From positions 1-28,008 of the forward strand of contig JANMQY010000119.1 of NCBI GenBank assembly GCA_031370785.1: a stretch of 28,008 nucleotides of DNA. The letters run 5' to 3'. The translations under genes and the position numbers were made by a program. This document shows, in pieces, positions 8,107-18,026 of this stretch. Each line of letters begins with the position of its first letter. Within the stretch, counting starts at the first letter, position 1. The notes under the pieces were generated by a model. It ran no database searches. It was not told the DNA's origin and saw nothing but the letters and a program-made list of their open reading frames with translations. This stretch comes from Candidatus Eiseniibacteriota bacterium (GTDB lineage Bacteria > Eisenbacteria > RBG-16-71-46).

Positions 8107-9392
8107 GTTCGGCCCGTGGTGAGATCGTCGAGCACCGACGCGAGGCGCGCGGCGAGTGCGGGGCGCGCATGCGTGGCCACCCACTCCGGACGCGAGGGCG
8201 CGGGACGCGCCCCCTCCTTCCACGCCAGGTAGCGGCGCTCGATCGCGGCGGCGAGCGCCGTGCGATCTCCGGGCGCGACCAGCTCGCCGCCCGCGCGTCG
8301 CACCATCTCTCCCGCCTCGTCCCCTTCCTCGAGCACGCCGAGAATCGGACGACCGGCGTCCAGGTACTCGTAGAGCTTTCCCGGCACCATGGTCGGATAG
8401 CCGCGCGGCTTCCACAGCAGCAGGACGTCCGCGCCGCGCTGCAGCGCTCGCGACTCGGCGTGGGGGCGCGCCCCCAGGAACGTCACGATCCCGGTCAGGC
8501 CGAGCGCAGTCGCACGATCGGCATACTCCGCCTGATAGGGCCCGACCATCCGCGCGCGCACCCGCCGCCGTGCTTCCGGGCGGCGCGCCAGCAGCTCGTG
8601 CAGCGCTTCGAGAAACACCTCGGTGTCGCTCATCTGCGAGAGCGTGCCGGTAAAGACGAGCGTGAAGGCTGCCGGGTCCGCCGCGACTTCGTCCGCGCCG
8701 GGCGCATCGGGCTCGAATCCGTTGGGCAGGTGAATCGCACGTCGTGGCAGCAGATGTGCGCCCGAACGCGCGCCCAGCGTGTCGAGGTGCGTGCGCGAAG
8801 CGGTCAGCACCCGATCGGCGCCCTCGAGCACCGCGCGCTCGGCGCGCGCGTGGCGCGCACGATGCCAGCCGGTCGGAGGGTTTCGGAAATGGAGGCCGAC
8901 CCACGGATCGCGGAAGTCCGCGACCCACGGAAGTCCGAAGCGCCGCTTGAGCGCGAACCCGGCGAGGTGCACGCTGTCGGGCGGCGAGGTGGTGAGCACC
9001 GCATCGATGCCGCCGGCCGCGATGCGCGCCGAAGCCGCGGCGCGCGCACGCGCCGCCCATCCGGCATAGGCGTCCGGGAACAGCCACCAGTCACTGAGCC
9101 GGCGCAGGCCCGCGTAGGTCGAGCCGGTGCGCCGCCCGCGATCGCCGCGCTTCACTCGCAGCCAGGTCGCGAGCGCACCGCCTCCTCGCACCCGGATCAC
9201 TTCGGCCGAGGCGGGAATGCGCGCGTTGAGACTCTCATCGACCACCCAGTAGTCCTCCCTGCCCGCCGCGATCACCGTGCACTTCCAGCCGTGCGCGGGC
9301 AGATGACGCGTGAAACCCAGCACTCGATGCACGCCTCCGCCCGCCAGTGGAGGGTAGAAGTAACACAGGATCAGCACGCGCCGCGCACTCAT
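8103..9392 (-). CDS. GT-B fold glycosyltransferase (GT4-like)
   Basis: VLILCYFYPPLAGGGVHR, TTSPP, WVADFRDPW, LPNGFE, VPGKLYEYL. ATG 9392 overlaps the upstream stop. Confidence 0.88.
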   Translation of the reverse strand: MSARRVLILCYFYPPLAGGGVHRVLGFTRHLPAHGWKCTVIAAGREDYWVVDESLNARIPASAEVIRVRGGGALATWLRVKRGDRGRRTGSTYAGLRRLSDWWLFPDAYAGWAARARAAASARIAAGGIDAVLTTSPPDSVHLAGFALKRRFGLPWVADFRDPWVGLHFRNPPTGWHRARHARAERAVLEGADRVLTASRTHLDTLGARSGAHLLPRRAIHLPNGFEPDAPGADEVAADPAAFTLVFTGTLSQMSDTEVFLEALHELLARRPEARRRVRARMVGPYQAEYADRATALGLTGIVTFLGARPHAESRALQRGADVLLLWKPRGYPTMVPGKLYEYLDAGRPILGVLEEGDEAGEMVRRAGGELVAPGDRTALAAAIERRYLAWKEGARPAPSRPEWVATHARPALAARLASVLDDLTTGRT

Positions 9393-10474
9393 TCGCCGGT
9401 CGCATTCTTCGCGCCGCGCGATCCGCGACCGGCGGCGACCAGACTTTCGAACACTCGCTCGATGCGGCCCATGTTGACCGCCCACGTGCCGCGCTCGGCA
9501 ATCACCCGGGCGTTGCGCGCCCGCGCGGCCTCGGCCCACGCCGGATCCCCGAGCGCGCGCTGCAGGGCGCGCGTGACGCCTGCGGAATCGCCCACTCCGA
9601 ACAGCCGCGCGCCATCGTCCTCTTCCACCCACTCGCGATTGCCCTCGATGTCGCTGACCACCGGGATCGCGCCGGCGGCCATCGCTTCGAGCAGCGACAG
9701 CGAGGTCGAATCCGAACGCGAAGCCGAGAGCGAGAGGTCGGCGCGTCCGAGCCACTCGGCGAGCGCCTCGGGGTCGAGCCGGCCAACGAAGCGCCAGCGT
9801 CCCGCCGGGAGGCGCGCGGCAGCAAGCCGCTCGAGCGCCACCCGGCACGAACCGTCCCCGGCGATGACGAGCCGGGTGTGCGGCATGCGCGCCAGCACCG
9901 GCGCAACGCCCTCGATCAGCGTGGGCAGGTCGTACACCGGCTCGTGCATGCGCGTGCTGAGCAGCAGTCCCTTCTCGCGCCGGCCGGGGCGGAACCGGGC
10001 CGGATCCACGCCCCAGGGAATCTCGTGCACGCGCGTGGCCGGCGCCCCGAGCGTGCGCGCGGCATGCGCCAGGTTCGCGCTGTCGGCGAATACGGCGTCG
10101 GCCCGCCGCAGCACGAAGCCCGCACGCGCGCGCTGCAGCGGATTGCGCGGCCCGGTGATGAGCAGGTCCGAGCCCCACGCCGTGACCGAGAGCGGGTGGA
10201 AGTCGGCGAGCGCGCCGAGCAGCCCGTAGTTGGGCACGTAGTGCGCGTCGATCAGGTCCGGGCGATACACGGCCAGTGCACGCCGGAACGCCGGCAGTGC
10301 GAGCGGATAGCGCGCGAACCCCGGCACGGGCGAGGCGGGCAGCGCTTCGGCCTCGAGTCCGGCGAGCGGACGCTCGAGCGACCACAGCCGCACCTCGTGA
10401 CCGCGCGCGCGAAAGTGCTCCAGCCAGCGCTTCGAGTGAAGTACGCCGGCGTTGGCGAGCATCGCGATTCTCAC
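9389..10474 (-). CDS. Glycosyltransferase family 4
   Basis: HSKRW..GHEV, PDLIDAHYVPNYG, TAWGSDL, IPWGVD, SDSTSLSLLEAMAAG. GTG 10474 overlaps the upstream stop. Confidence 0.88.
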   Translation of the reverse strand: MRIAMLANAGVLHSKRWLEHFRARGHEVRLWSLERPLAGLEAEALPASPVPGFARYPLALPAFRRALAVYRPDLIDAHYVPNYGLLGALADFHPLSVTAWGSDLLITGPRNPLQRARAGFVLRRADAVFADSANLAHAARTLGAPATRVHEIPWGVDPARFRPGRREKGLLLSTRMHEPVYDLPTLIEGVAPVLARMPHTRLVIAGDGSCRVALERLAAARLPAGRWRFVGRLDPEALAEWLGRADLSLSASRSDSTSLSLLEAMAAGAIPVVSDIEGNREWVEEDDGARLFGVGDSAGVTRALQRALGDPAWAEAARARNARVIAERGTWAVNMGRIERVFESLVAAGRGSRGAKNATGE

Positions 10475-11487
10475 GCGGGCGCACCGCGCGCGCGCCCGGC
10501 GCGCAGCCACGCCTGCATCGTGGCCAGCGCACGCGATGCCGGTCCCGCGTGGCGCGCATCGAGCCAGCGCACCGGATAGCGGGTGGATCTCGCGCCGAGC
10601 GAGCGTTTGAACGTGGCCACCGGATCGAGCCCGGTCGATGCCCCGAGGTTCAGGCGTGCGCGGCCACGACTGGCCGCCCACTCCGCGATCGACCACAGCA
10701 GGAACGGATACGCCCGGCGCGGCCGTGCGTCCTCGTGCGCGCCACTCCACCAGACGAAGGTCTCGTGCGCGCCGTCGAGAACGAGCGTTGCGCACAGCAC
10801 GCCGCGATCGTCGCGCACCGTGAACAGACGCGCCGGCCCCTCGTCGAGCAGACGCCGCGACAGCGCGGCGGGCAGCCCGCGATGCCCGGACCAGTGACGC
10901 GCCTGGCGCGAGTTCAGGGCAATCGCTTCATCCAGTCGAGAGGGACTCTCCTCGAAGATCAGCCCGCGCGCGCGCGCCTGAGTGATCTCGTTGCGGGTCT
11001 TGCGCTCGGCGGCGCGCCATGCCACTTCGAGGCCAGCGGTCAGATCGATCCGCGCGCATTCGAACCAGCGTGTCTCGCCGCCGAGGCATTCCAGCGCTTC
11101 GGTCGCGACCGGCTCGCCGGCCCGGTCGCACACCCACTCACCGCCGGCGACGCCGAGCTCGCGCGCCAGCCGTTCGAGCGCTGCAGCCACCGCGAAATCG
11201 ACTTCGACCCGCGCATCGGCATGCGCCAGCGGCGCACCGGGAAGCAGATGCGGCAGCGCGTGGAGCCAGCGGCCGAACCCGCGCCGCTCGATCAGCAGCG
11301 GGGCGCCCCCGATCAGAGCTCCGTCGCGCTCGATCGCCACGAAGCGCGCTTCGAATCCCGGCAGCACGTCCGCCATCGCATGCCACAGGCGCGGATCGTG
11401 GGAGGGCGACGCGCCAGGGCAGGTCGCGACCAGCGCGTCCCATTCGCCTGGTGCATCCGCGAGCACGCGCGCGTTCGGCTGGCTCAC
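10471..11487 (-). CDS. FemABX-like / GNAT acyl(aminoacyl)transferase
   Basis: EWDALV...SPSHDPRL, RKTRNEITQARARGL, FLLWSIAEWA..RG..RLNLG, VATFKRSLGA: the two-GNAT-lobe FemAB/Acetyltransf_6 pattern. Confidence 0.8.
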   Translation of the reverse strand: MSQPNARVLADAPGEWDALVATCPGASPSHDPRLWHAMADVLPGFEARFVAIERDGALIGGAPLLIERRGFGRWLHALPHLLPGAPLAHADARVEVDFAVAAALERLARELGVAGGEWVCDRAGEPVATEALECLGGETRWFECARIDLTAGLEVAWRAAERKTRNEITQARARGLIFEESPSRLDEAIALNSRQARHWSGHRGLPAALSRRLLDEGPARLFTVRDDRGVLCATLVLDGAHETFVWWSGAHEDARPRRAYPFLLWSIAEWAASRGRARLNLGASTGLDPVATFKRSLGARSTRYPVRWLDARHAGPASRALATMQAWLRAGRARGAPA

Positions 11488-11494
11488 GGGCGGT

Positions 11495-13729
11495 TCAGCG
11501 CAGCAACGTCACCCGAGCCACTGCCGAGCGACCGCCTGCCTCCACCCGGACGAAGTACAGGCCCGGGCGCACCAGCGAACCGTCGGAGTCACGACCGTCC
11601 CACAGGATCTGTCCGTTGCTGCCGGCGGAGAGCCGGCGCAGCATCCGGCCGTTCAGGTCGTAGACCTGGCCGCGGTACGCGCTGCCGTTGCCCGAGACAC
11701 GCAGCGAGATTCCGATGCCGCTCGCGAGCAACGCCGGATTGGGATAGACCTTGATCGCGAGCTTCGCGAGCGTGGGCGGCGCCGGAGCCTGGTAGCCGGG
11801 ATCGTAACGATTCAGACCGCCAGCGGTTGCGAACCAGATGGCCCCGGTCGCATGGTCGATCGCGATGCTGCGGATTTCATCGTTGGCGAGCGGCGAGTTC
11901 GAAGCGGTGAAGTCCTCGGTGAGGCCGCCTGGATGATAGGCGCGCGCACCGTTCACGCTGCCGACCCATGCCGTCCCGTCGGCGGCAACCGCCAGCGGAT
12001 GCAGCGCGCCGCGCGAGGCGGGCGCGGCCGGGATCGCGTAGGACTGTTTGCTCCCTCCGGCGCTGCCGAAGTTCGTATACAGGCGCAGATCCCCGTCGCT
12101 GAACACCCAGATGGAGTCGTTGTGCGCGACGACCCCGAATACGTTCCAGTTCGCGCCGCTGGGCTCGAGGTTGAGATGGCTCGTAAGCGGGCCCGGTGGT
12201 GAGGGCGTGAAGCGCTGGACGCCCTTGAGCCCGTATCCGACCCACAGGTCCCCTCGGCGATCCACCGACAGTGCGCGAACCTGGTTTCCGAGCATGTCCG
12301 GGGTGTTGGTGGTCTGGTAGTTCGCGATCAGCGTGTCGGCGGGTCCATAGACGTCGATGCCGATCGGATCCTGCGGGCAGTTGCAGCCCAGGTTGGGAGT
12401 GTCCATTCCGAACCACCGATTGCCGACCGAGTCGGCCGCGGTCGACCACACCCACGTGTGGTTGTCGATCGGCGAGCCGGCACCCACCCACAGATGCGTA
12501 AACTGCGGCGGCGCGCCGCTGTCGTCGAACTTTTCGAGCGCGGTGCCCCAGATTCCGATCCACTTCTTGCCCTGGCGATCCACCAGCAGGCCGAAAGCGA
12601 ACGAGGGGTCGAGAAAGGTCTGGTCGCAGTTGCTGGCGCACGGCACCGGGTACCAGTTGGTCCACGTCCCGCCCGCGGTCTCGAGCCTGCCGACTCCCTC
12701 GGCGAAGGTCCCCGCATACACGCGCGCGCCCTGCACCGCGACGCTCTGCATGTTGTTCCCGGGCGGCGCTTCGGGGAGGTGAAGGGTCCAGGGGCCGCTC
12801 GGCGTCTGCTCGAACATGCCGTCGCGATTGGCCGCGAAAACCTTGCCCGACGCATCGCGCGTCACGGCGAAGGTGGACGCCCCGCCGTTTGACGTGAGCG
12901 CGGTGTTGACCGGACTCCAGCCGGTCCCGTTCCACGCGTAGAGGCCGAGGTCGCTCGAGGCGTGCACGGTCCCGAACGCACCCGAGATCAGATAGACATT
13001 GCTGATCCCACCGACCACGTTCCATGTTCCCGACGCTCCCACCCGCCACGGCGCGTTGTTCGCGACCGCGAACACGTCGACCCCATCGGTCGCCAGTGCG
13101 GTCACCTTGTCGAGCGGAAGGTTCGTGTCGGCCTCGGTCCAGACCGCGAGGCCGCCCGCGATGCTGCTGTAGTAGACGCCGCCCCGCGTCGCGACCCACA
13201 GCGAATCGCCACGGACCACGATGCCGACGATGTCGTTGTTCGCGAACGGCGAGTAGCCGGTTCCGTCGGGCAGAGCGCCCGAGATCTCGCGTCCGTTCCA
13301 CAGCGCGAGCCCGGTGGTGGTGCCGATCCACAGCGTGTCGCCCTGCGCGGTCAGAGTATTGACGTCGAGTCCGGGCAGCCCGTCGAACGCGTTCAGCAGC
13401 CCCCAGGTCCCGTCGGGATCGAGGCGGCTCACGCCCGCGTCGCGGGTTCCGAGCCACAGACGGCCGCGGCGATCGAACGCGATCGAGCTGATCTGATTGC
13501 TGGCCAGCCCGCCCGGCTCGCGCGTGGTCTGAAGGAATGCGCCCGACGAGCGCACGTAGCGGAGCAGGCCGGCTTCTTCGGTGGCACACCAGACCGTGTC
13601 GGCGCCGGCGAGGAGCTGGTTGTATCCGAACGCGCGGATGTACGTGCTCCACGCGCCGGCGGCATGCGCGTGAGCCGGAGCCAGAAGCACGAGGAGCATG
13701 GCGGGAAGCAGGCGGAATCGGGTCAACAT
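11495..13729 (-). CDS. Secreted PorZ-like two-beta-propeller protein with T9SS-type (FlgD-Ig-like) C-terminal domain
   Basis: Signal peptide ending AHAHA; W..Y...VWCATE.AGL; repeated GL.SN.I.SIA.D..G.LW.GT..G propeller blades; FTASNSPLANDEIRSIAID..TG.IWFAT..GL; C-terminal KVYPNP...YDLNGR..WDGRD..G..VRPGLYFV...RVTLLR. Confidence 0.72.
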   Translation of the reverse strand: MLTRFRLLPAMLLVLLAPAHAHAAGAWSTYIRAFGYNQLLAGADTVWCATEEAGLLRYVRSSGAFLQTTREPGGLASNQISSIAFDRRGRLWLGTRDAGVSRLDPDGTWGLLNAFDGLPGLDVNTLTAQGDTLWIGTTTGLALWNGREISGALPDGTGYSPFANNDIVGIVVRGDSLWVATRGGVYYSSIAGGLAVWTEADTNLPLDKVTALATDGVDVFAVANNAPWRVGASGTWNVVGGISNVYLISGAFGTVHASSDLGLYAWNGTGWSPVNTALTSNGGASTFAVTRDASGKVFAANRDGMFEQTPSGPWTLHLPEAPPGNNMQSVAVQGARVYAGTFAEGVGRLETAGGTWTNWYPVPCASNCDQTFLDPSFAFGLLVDRQGKKWIGIWGTALEKFDDSGAPPQFTHLWVGAGSPIDNHTWVWSTAADSVGNRWFGMDTPNLGCNCPQDPIGIDVYGPADTLIANYQTTNTPDMLGNQVRALSVDRRGDLWVGYGLKGVQRFTPSPPGPLTSHLNLEPSGANWNVFGVVAHNDSIWVFSDGDLRLYTNFGSAGGSKQSYAIPAAPASRGALHPLAVAADGTAWVGSVNGARAYHPGGLTEDFTASNSPLANDEIRSIAIDHATGAIWFATAGGLNRYDPGYQAPAPPTLAKLAIKVYPNPALLASGIGISLRVSGNGSAYRGQVYDLNGRMLRRLSAGSNGQILWDGRDSDGSLVRPGLYFVRVEAGGRSAVARVTLLR

Positions 13730-13733
13730 CGGA

Positions 13734-14450
13734 TCACTCCACGCGGCCGAGCAGGTCCATCAGGCGCAGCTTCCACACCATCCACGCCGCCTCCCACACG
13801 ATGCGACGGTTCATCTTGGAGACGCCCGCGCGCCGGTCCACGAACAGGATCGGGATCTCGCGGATGGTGAAACCACGCTTCCAGCACTTGAACGACATTT
13901 CGATCTGAAAAGCATAACCGTCCGACTGCACGCGGTCGAGCCGCACGCCCTCGAGGGCGCGGCGTCGAAAACACTTGAAGCCCCCGGTCGCGTCGTTCAC
14001 CGGCAGGCCGGTGACGATCCGCGAGAACCGGTTGTCGCAGTACGACAGCATCAGCCGGCTGAGCGGCCAGTTCACGACCGTGACCCCGTGCAGGTAGCGC
14101 GAGCCGAGAACCACGTCCACCTCCTGCGCGTTCTTCAGGAATTCGCCGATCGAGTCCGGGTCGTGGGAAAAATCGGCGTCCATCTCGAAGATGTACTCGG
14201 CGCCATGATCGAGCGCGTAGCGGAAGCCGTCGCGATATGCCGAGCCCAGTCCCATCTTGCCCGGACGGCGCAGCACGTGGACGCGCGGGTCCTTCCCTCT
14301 GCGCGCCTCGACCAGCTCGCCGGTCCCGTCGGGTGAACCATCGTCCACCACCAGGACTTCCAGCCCATGCGGCTGGGCGAGAACGCGGTCGAGAATCGGC
14401 TCGATGTTCTCGCGCTCGTTGTAGGTCGGGATGATGACCAGCTTTTCCAC
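13734..14450 (-). CDS. Polyprenol-phosphate glycosyl (mannose) synthase, GT2 DPM1/Ppm1-like
   Basis: IIPTYNEREN, VVDDGSPDGTG, GLGSAY, EMDADFSHDP, GSRY, DATGGFKCFR, GYAFQIEM, FVDRRAGVSKM. GTG 14450 with GGGAGG SD; no TM tail. Confidence 0.93.
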   Translation of the reverse strand: MEKLVIIPTYNERENIEPILDRVLAQPHGLEVLVVDDGSPDGTGELVEARRGKDPRVHVLRRPGKMGLGSAYRDGFRYALDHGAEYIFEMDADFSHDPDSIGEFLKNAQEVDVVLGSRYLHGVTVVNWPLSRLMLSYCDNRFSRIVTGLPVNDATGGFKCFRRRALEGVRLDRVQSDGYAFQIEMSFKCWKRGFTIREIPILFVDRRAGVSKMNRRIVWEAAWMVWKLRLMDLLGRVE

Positions 14451-16870
14451 TACGCCGCCTCCCTCGCCGCGGTCGCCGTCGCGCGCCGTCCGGCGAGCCA
14501 TCCTGCGAGGAGCAGTCCGAGCACGATCGCGAGCGAGGCGAACGAGAGCATCAGTCCCTGTCGCACCGCACGCGACCGGAAGCGGAACTCGACACGGTGG
14601 TGTCCGGCCGGCACCGCAACCGCGCGCAGCAGGTAGTCGGCCTTGAGCACCGGCATTTCGCGCCCATCCACAGTCGCCACCCAGTCGGGATAGTAGAGAT
14701 CGGCGAGGCGCAGCAGCCCGGGCCCCGGCGTGTCGACGTCCACCACCACCTGGTTGAGCTCGTAGGAAACGATATTGGCGCGTGCGCCATCGACTGGCCC
14801 GAGCGTCAGGTGCGGGTCCTGTTCGAGCCATGTGACGGTCGCGCTGTCGTACTTGCCGCTCTTGATCGTGTCGAGAATCGCCCCGGCGGGCTGCGCCACC
14901 CGGTACGCGCCCACCACCGTCGCGCGCGGCAGCGCGAGCAGATTCTCGTACACCGTCGCGCTTCCCTGATACACCGGCCTGAGGTACGGCGGAGCATCCG
15001 GGATCGGCTGCGGGAGGATCAGGTACCGGACGTTGAGCAGCCGCATCCAGGCGAGGTTGTCGAGCAGGTTGGCCTCGACCAGATCCTGAAACAGTTTCGG
15101 CTTTGCCGCGTGATAGCCGCCGAGGGATGCGATCCCGAATCCCGCGTAGCGATTGCTCTGGAATTCCTGAACCGGCAAGACGCGGAACGTGCCCGGGGGC
15201 CCGGCCTTCTCGAGGAAGTTCACGACGTCGTCGCGCCCGTATTCGAGACTGTGCTGGCTCACCTCACCGATCACCGGCTGCATCACGCGCGCGCTCACCG
15301 GCCACAGCTCGAACAGCATCAGCACGAGCACGACCAGGGTGGCCGGCGCTGCAGCCAGCTTGCCGCGCATGGCCAGCCACCCCGTTCCGATGGCGAGCAG
15401 TCCGAGCACGCACGCGCGGGCGAGGTCCTTAACGTACGCGGTGTACGCGAACGCGGCCAGCTCGGGAGTGATCCCGGGGTGGCGTGCTATCGCGCCCTGC
15501 ACGTATCCGTTGCGCCACCCGTTCTGGCCGAGGACGCCCAGCACCAGCGCCAGCAGCAGCACCGCACTCGTGCCGAGCAGGATGCGCTCGAGCACCAATG
15601 GAGCGTTCGCCTTCGCCGGCTTCTGCGCCGCGCGATCCAGCACCGCGCTCCATCCCCATGCGGTCGCCAGCGCCGCCGCCACCTGGAACAGCAGGATGAT
15701 CATGACCGGGATGCGGAACTTGTTGAACAGCGGCAGGTGCGAATACAGGAAGCCGTATACCGGCGAGTTGCTTCCGAACGCGATCACCAGCGACAGCAGG
15801 GCGAGGGTGAGCGCGAACACGCGCGCCGCCCCGTTCGCGAGGAACGCGGGCACCGCCAGCACGACCGCGACCATGCCGATGTAGGCATTCGGGTAGTCGG
15901 TGAACGGCATGCCGCCCCAGTAGGTCTGGCCCCCGAAGCCCGCCCAGCCCGGCACCACGATCGAGGGCAGCTCGTACGGCGCAAGCGACCACTGGGTCGC
16001 GTAGCTCATGCCCACCCCTCCGCCCGCGCCTCCACCCCGGATCGACCACTGCGCGTAGTCGCGAAGCGGAAGGTTGTAGACACCGGCGAGCCCGAACGCG
16101 AGCGCGGCGGCCAGCGGCACGCCCAGCGCGCGCGCGGTGCGCGGCACGATCTCGCCGGGCCGGCGCAGGGCGGCCAGCCAATCGATGACCGCATAGAGTC
16201 CGACCGCGAGCCAGGTGTAGAAGCAGATCTGCACGTGACCGCGCAGCATCTGGAATCCGCCGGCGAGCGCGAGCCACCCGAGGTCGCGCAGGTCGCCTTT
16301 GCGCATCCAGCGCGTCGCGAGCCACAGCATGAGCGGCACGTACGCGGAGTTCACGAGCTGGCTGCCGTGCCCGTGCGATCCGACCGCGATCAGATTCGGC
16401 GCGAACACCAGCGCCGCCGCTCCGAGCAGCGCGCCCTCGGGACGCGCGCCCCATTCGCGGGCGAGCAGGTAGAGGAACCAGGCGCCGAGCACGAAGTAGA
16501 TCAGCATCCAGGTGAGGTCGGGCAGCGGGATCACTTTCGCGACCAGCGCGAGCGGCCAGTCGGGCGGATACATCAGCGGGTTGTACGCGCCGCTCCCGAA
16601 TGACGGCATGCCGAGGAACACGTACGGGTTCCACAGCGGATAGACGTGATCGTGATGGAGCGACTGCTCGCCCATACGCACGAAACCCGCCGGCCCCACC
16701 GCGTCGGGCGAGACGAAGGTCTTGCCGCCGAGCGAGACCTGGTGGAAGAACACGATCACCAACAGCGCGAGCAGCGCCGCCGCCCACGTGCGGGTCAGCG
16801 CGAACGGCTTCCGCGCGGACGTGGTCGCGGACTTCGGCACGGCACGTTTCACTGCCTTGCGATCGGCCAT
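14450..16870 (-). CDS. YfhO-family polytopic GT-C glycosyltransferase
   Basis: PLWNPYVFLGMP, many TM helices, YWGGMPFT..P.YIG, LPLFNKFR.P, GGYHAAK, C-terminal LPRA...YYPDW.ATVDG...KADYLLRAVAVPAGHHRVEFRF plus final TM. ATG 16870. Confidence 0.87.
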   Translation of the reverse strand: MADRKAVKRAVPKSATTSARKPFALTRTWAAALLALLVIVFFHQVSLGGKTFVSPDAVGPAGFVRMGEQSLHHDHVYPLWNPYVFLGMPSFGSGAYNPLMYPPDWPLALVAKVIPLPDLTWMLIYFVLGAWFLYLLAREWGARPEGALLGAAALVFAPNLIAVGSHGHGSQLVNSAYVPLMLWLATRWMRKGDLRDLGWLALAGGFQMLRGHVQICFYTWLAVGLYAVIDWLAALRRPGEIVPRTARALGVPLAAALAFGLAGVYNLPLRDYAQWSIRGGGAGGGVGMSYATQWSLAPYELPSIVVPGWAGFGGQTYWGGMPFTDYPNAYIGMVAVVLAVPAFLANGAARVFALTLALLSLVIAFGSNSPVYGFLYSHLPLFNKFRIPVMIILLFQVAAALATAWGWSAVLDRAAQKPAKANAPLVLERILLGTSAVLLLALVLGVLGQNGWRNGYVQGAIARHPGITPELAAFAYTAYVKDLARACVLGLLAIGTGWLAMRGKLAAAPATLVVLVLMLFELWPVSARVMQPVIGEVSQHSLEYGRDDVVNFLEKAGPPGTFRVLPVQEFQSNRYAGFGIASLGGYHAAKPKLFQDLVEANLLDNLAWMRLLNVRYLILPQPIPDAPPYLRPVYQGSATVYENLLALPRATVVGAYRVAQPAGAILDTIKSGKYDSATVTWLEQDPHLTLGPVDGARANIVSYELNQVVVDVDTPGPGLLRLADLYYPDWVATVDGREMPVLKADYLLRAVAVPAGHHRVEFRFRSRAVRQGLMLSFASLAIVLGLLLAGWLAGRRATATAAREAA

Positions 16871-16898
16871 GAGCTCTCGAACGGGAAGTAGGCGAACG

Positions 16899-18026
16899 TC
16901 ACGAAGCGGCGGCGAGCCGTGATTCGATCTCGCCCACCATGCGAGCGGCGAGCGAGTCCCAGTCATACCGACGCGCCAATGCCCGGCGTGTCTCGCGGTC
17001 GGCGGGTGTCTCCAGCGCGGTGCGCACCGCCTCGACCGTCGCGGCCGGGTCGCCCGCAAACATCAGATGGGGCGGGCGCGGCGTCAGATCGAGCAGCGGA
17101 GTGCTCACCACCGGTAGACCCGCCGCGAGGTACTGGTACACCTTGTTGGGATTGATACCCTGCACGTACGGATCATTCGCCCGAAAAGGGATCAATCCAA
17201 CATCCAGCCCCTGCATGTATGCCGGAAGGCGGGCGTAGGAACGAGCTCCCAGGACCGCGACCCCCTCGCGCGAGGCCAGCTCCTCGACCCGGGCCGCGGT
17301 GGCGGGGCTCCCGGGCCCGATCAGCACCAGGGTGCCACTGCCTCGCGCGCGACGGACGGCTTCGAGCGCCTCGAAGTCCAGGAAGTGCGAGAGCAGGCCC
17401 ACGTAGCCGATGCGCGGGCGGGGCAGCCGGGCCAGATCCTCCGGGATGGGCTGCGGCTTCTCGAAATGCGCCACCTCCACCCCGTTCCCGAGCAGAACCA
17501 GGGGCTTGTCCGTCTCGGCGCGAAGCGTGCGCCGGTAGTACTCGGAAACGACGAACAGGGCATCCACCTGATCGAGTGTCGCCCGCCAGTAGCTCCGGGC
17601 CCACGCCGGAACCGAGGCGAACTGAAAGGGGTGGTCGTTGAAATCATAGAATAGCAACTTCCGAGGAAGCCGCGAAAGCGCGCGCGCCGCGTAGATGTTG
17701 GAGGTCATCAGCACCGGTTTCGCTTCCACGCCCAGTGAACGCAGGCGCGAGCGCAGCCAGGTACCCGCGGCCCATTCGATCACCGCGCGACCTGCGGCGG
17801 TCGAGGCCATCGTGTTGTACGCCGCGCTGCTGGTCGCGGGCTTGAGGAATGGAACCGTGAAGTAGGTGACGTTGCCTTCACGGCGAGGAGTCCACGGATC
17901 GTCCGCTCCGGATCCGGGCGGCTGTGCGTAGAACACGCGCCAGTGCGAAGGAAACCGCGAGAGCAGGAACTGCTTTCGCGTCCGGAAATAGCCCCACCGC
18001 ACCTCCGCGAGGACGACGAGATCCAC
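16899..18026 (-). CDS. GT-B glycosyltransferase (TuaH-like)
   Basis: W...RTRKQFL, FYDFND, LGNGV..HF, RPRIGYVG, DVGLIPF, INPNKVYQYLAAGLPVVST. GTG 18026 overlaps the asnB stop. Confidence 0.85.
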   Translation of the reverse strand: MDLVVLAEVRWGYFRTRKQFLLSRFPSHWRVFYAQPPGSGADDPWTPRREGNVTYFTVPFLKPATSSAAYNTMASTAAGRAVIEWAAGTWLRSRLRSLGVEAKPVLMTSNIYAARALSRLPRKLLFYDFNDHPFQFASVPAWARSYWRATLDQVDALFVVSEYYRRTLRAETDKPLVLLGNGVEVAHFEKPQPIPEDLARLPRPRIGYVGLLSHFLDFEALEAVRRARGSGTLVLIGPGSPATAARVEELASREGVAVLGARSYARLPAYMQGLDVGLIPFRANDPYVQGINPNKVYQYLAAGLPVVSTPLLDLTPRPPHLMFAGDPAATVEAVRTALETPADRETRRALARRYDWDSLAARMVGEIESRLAAAS

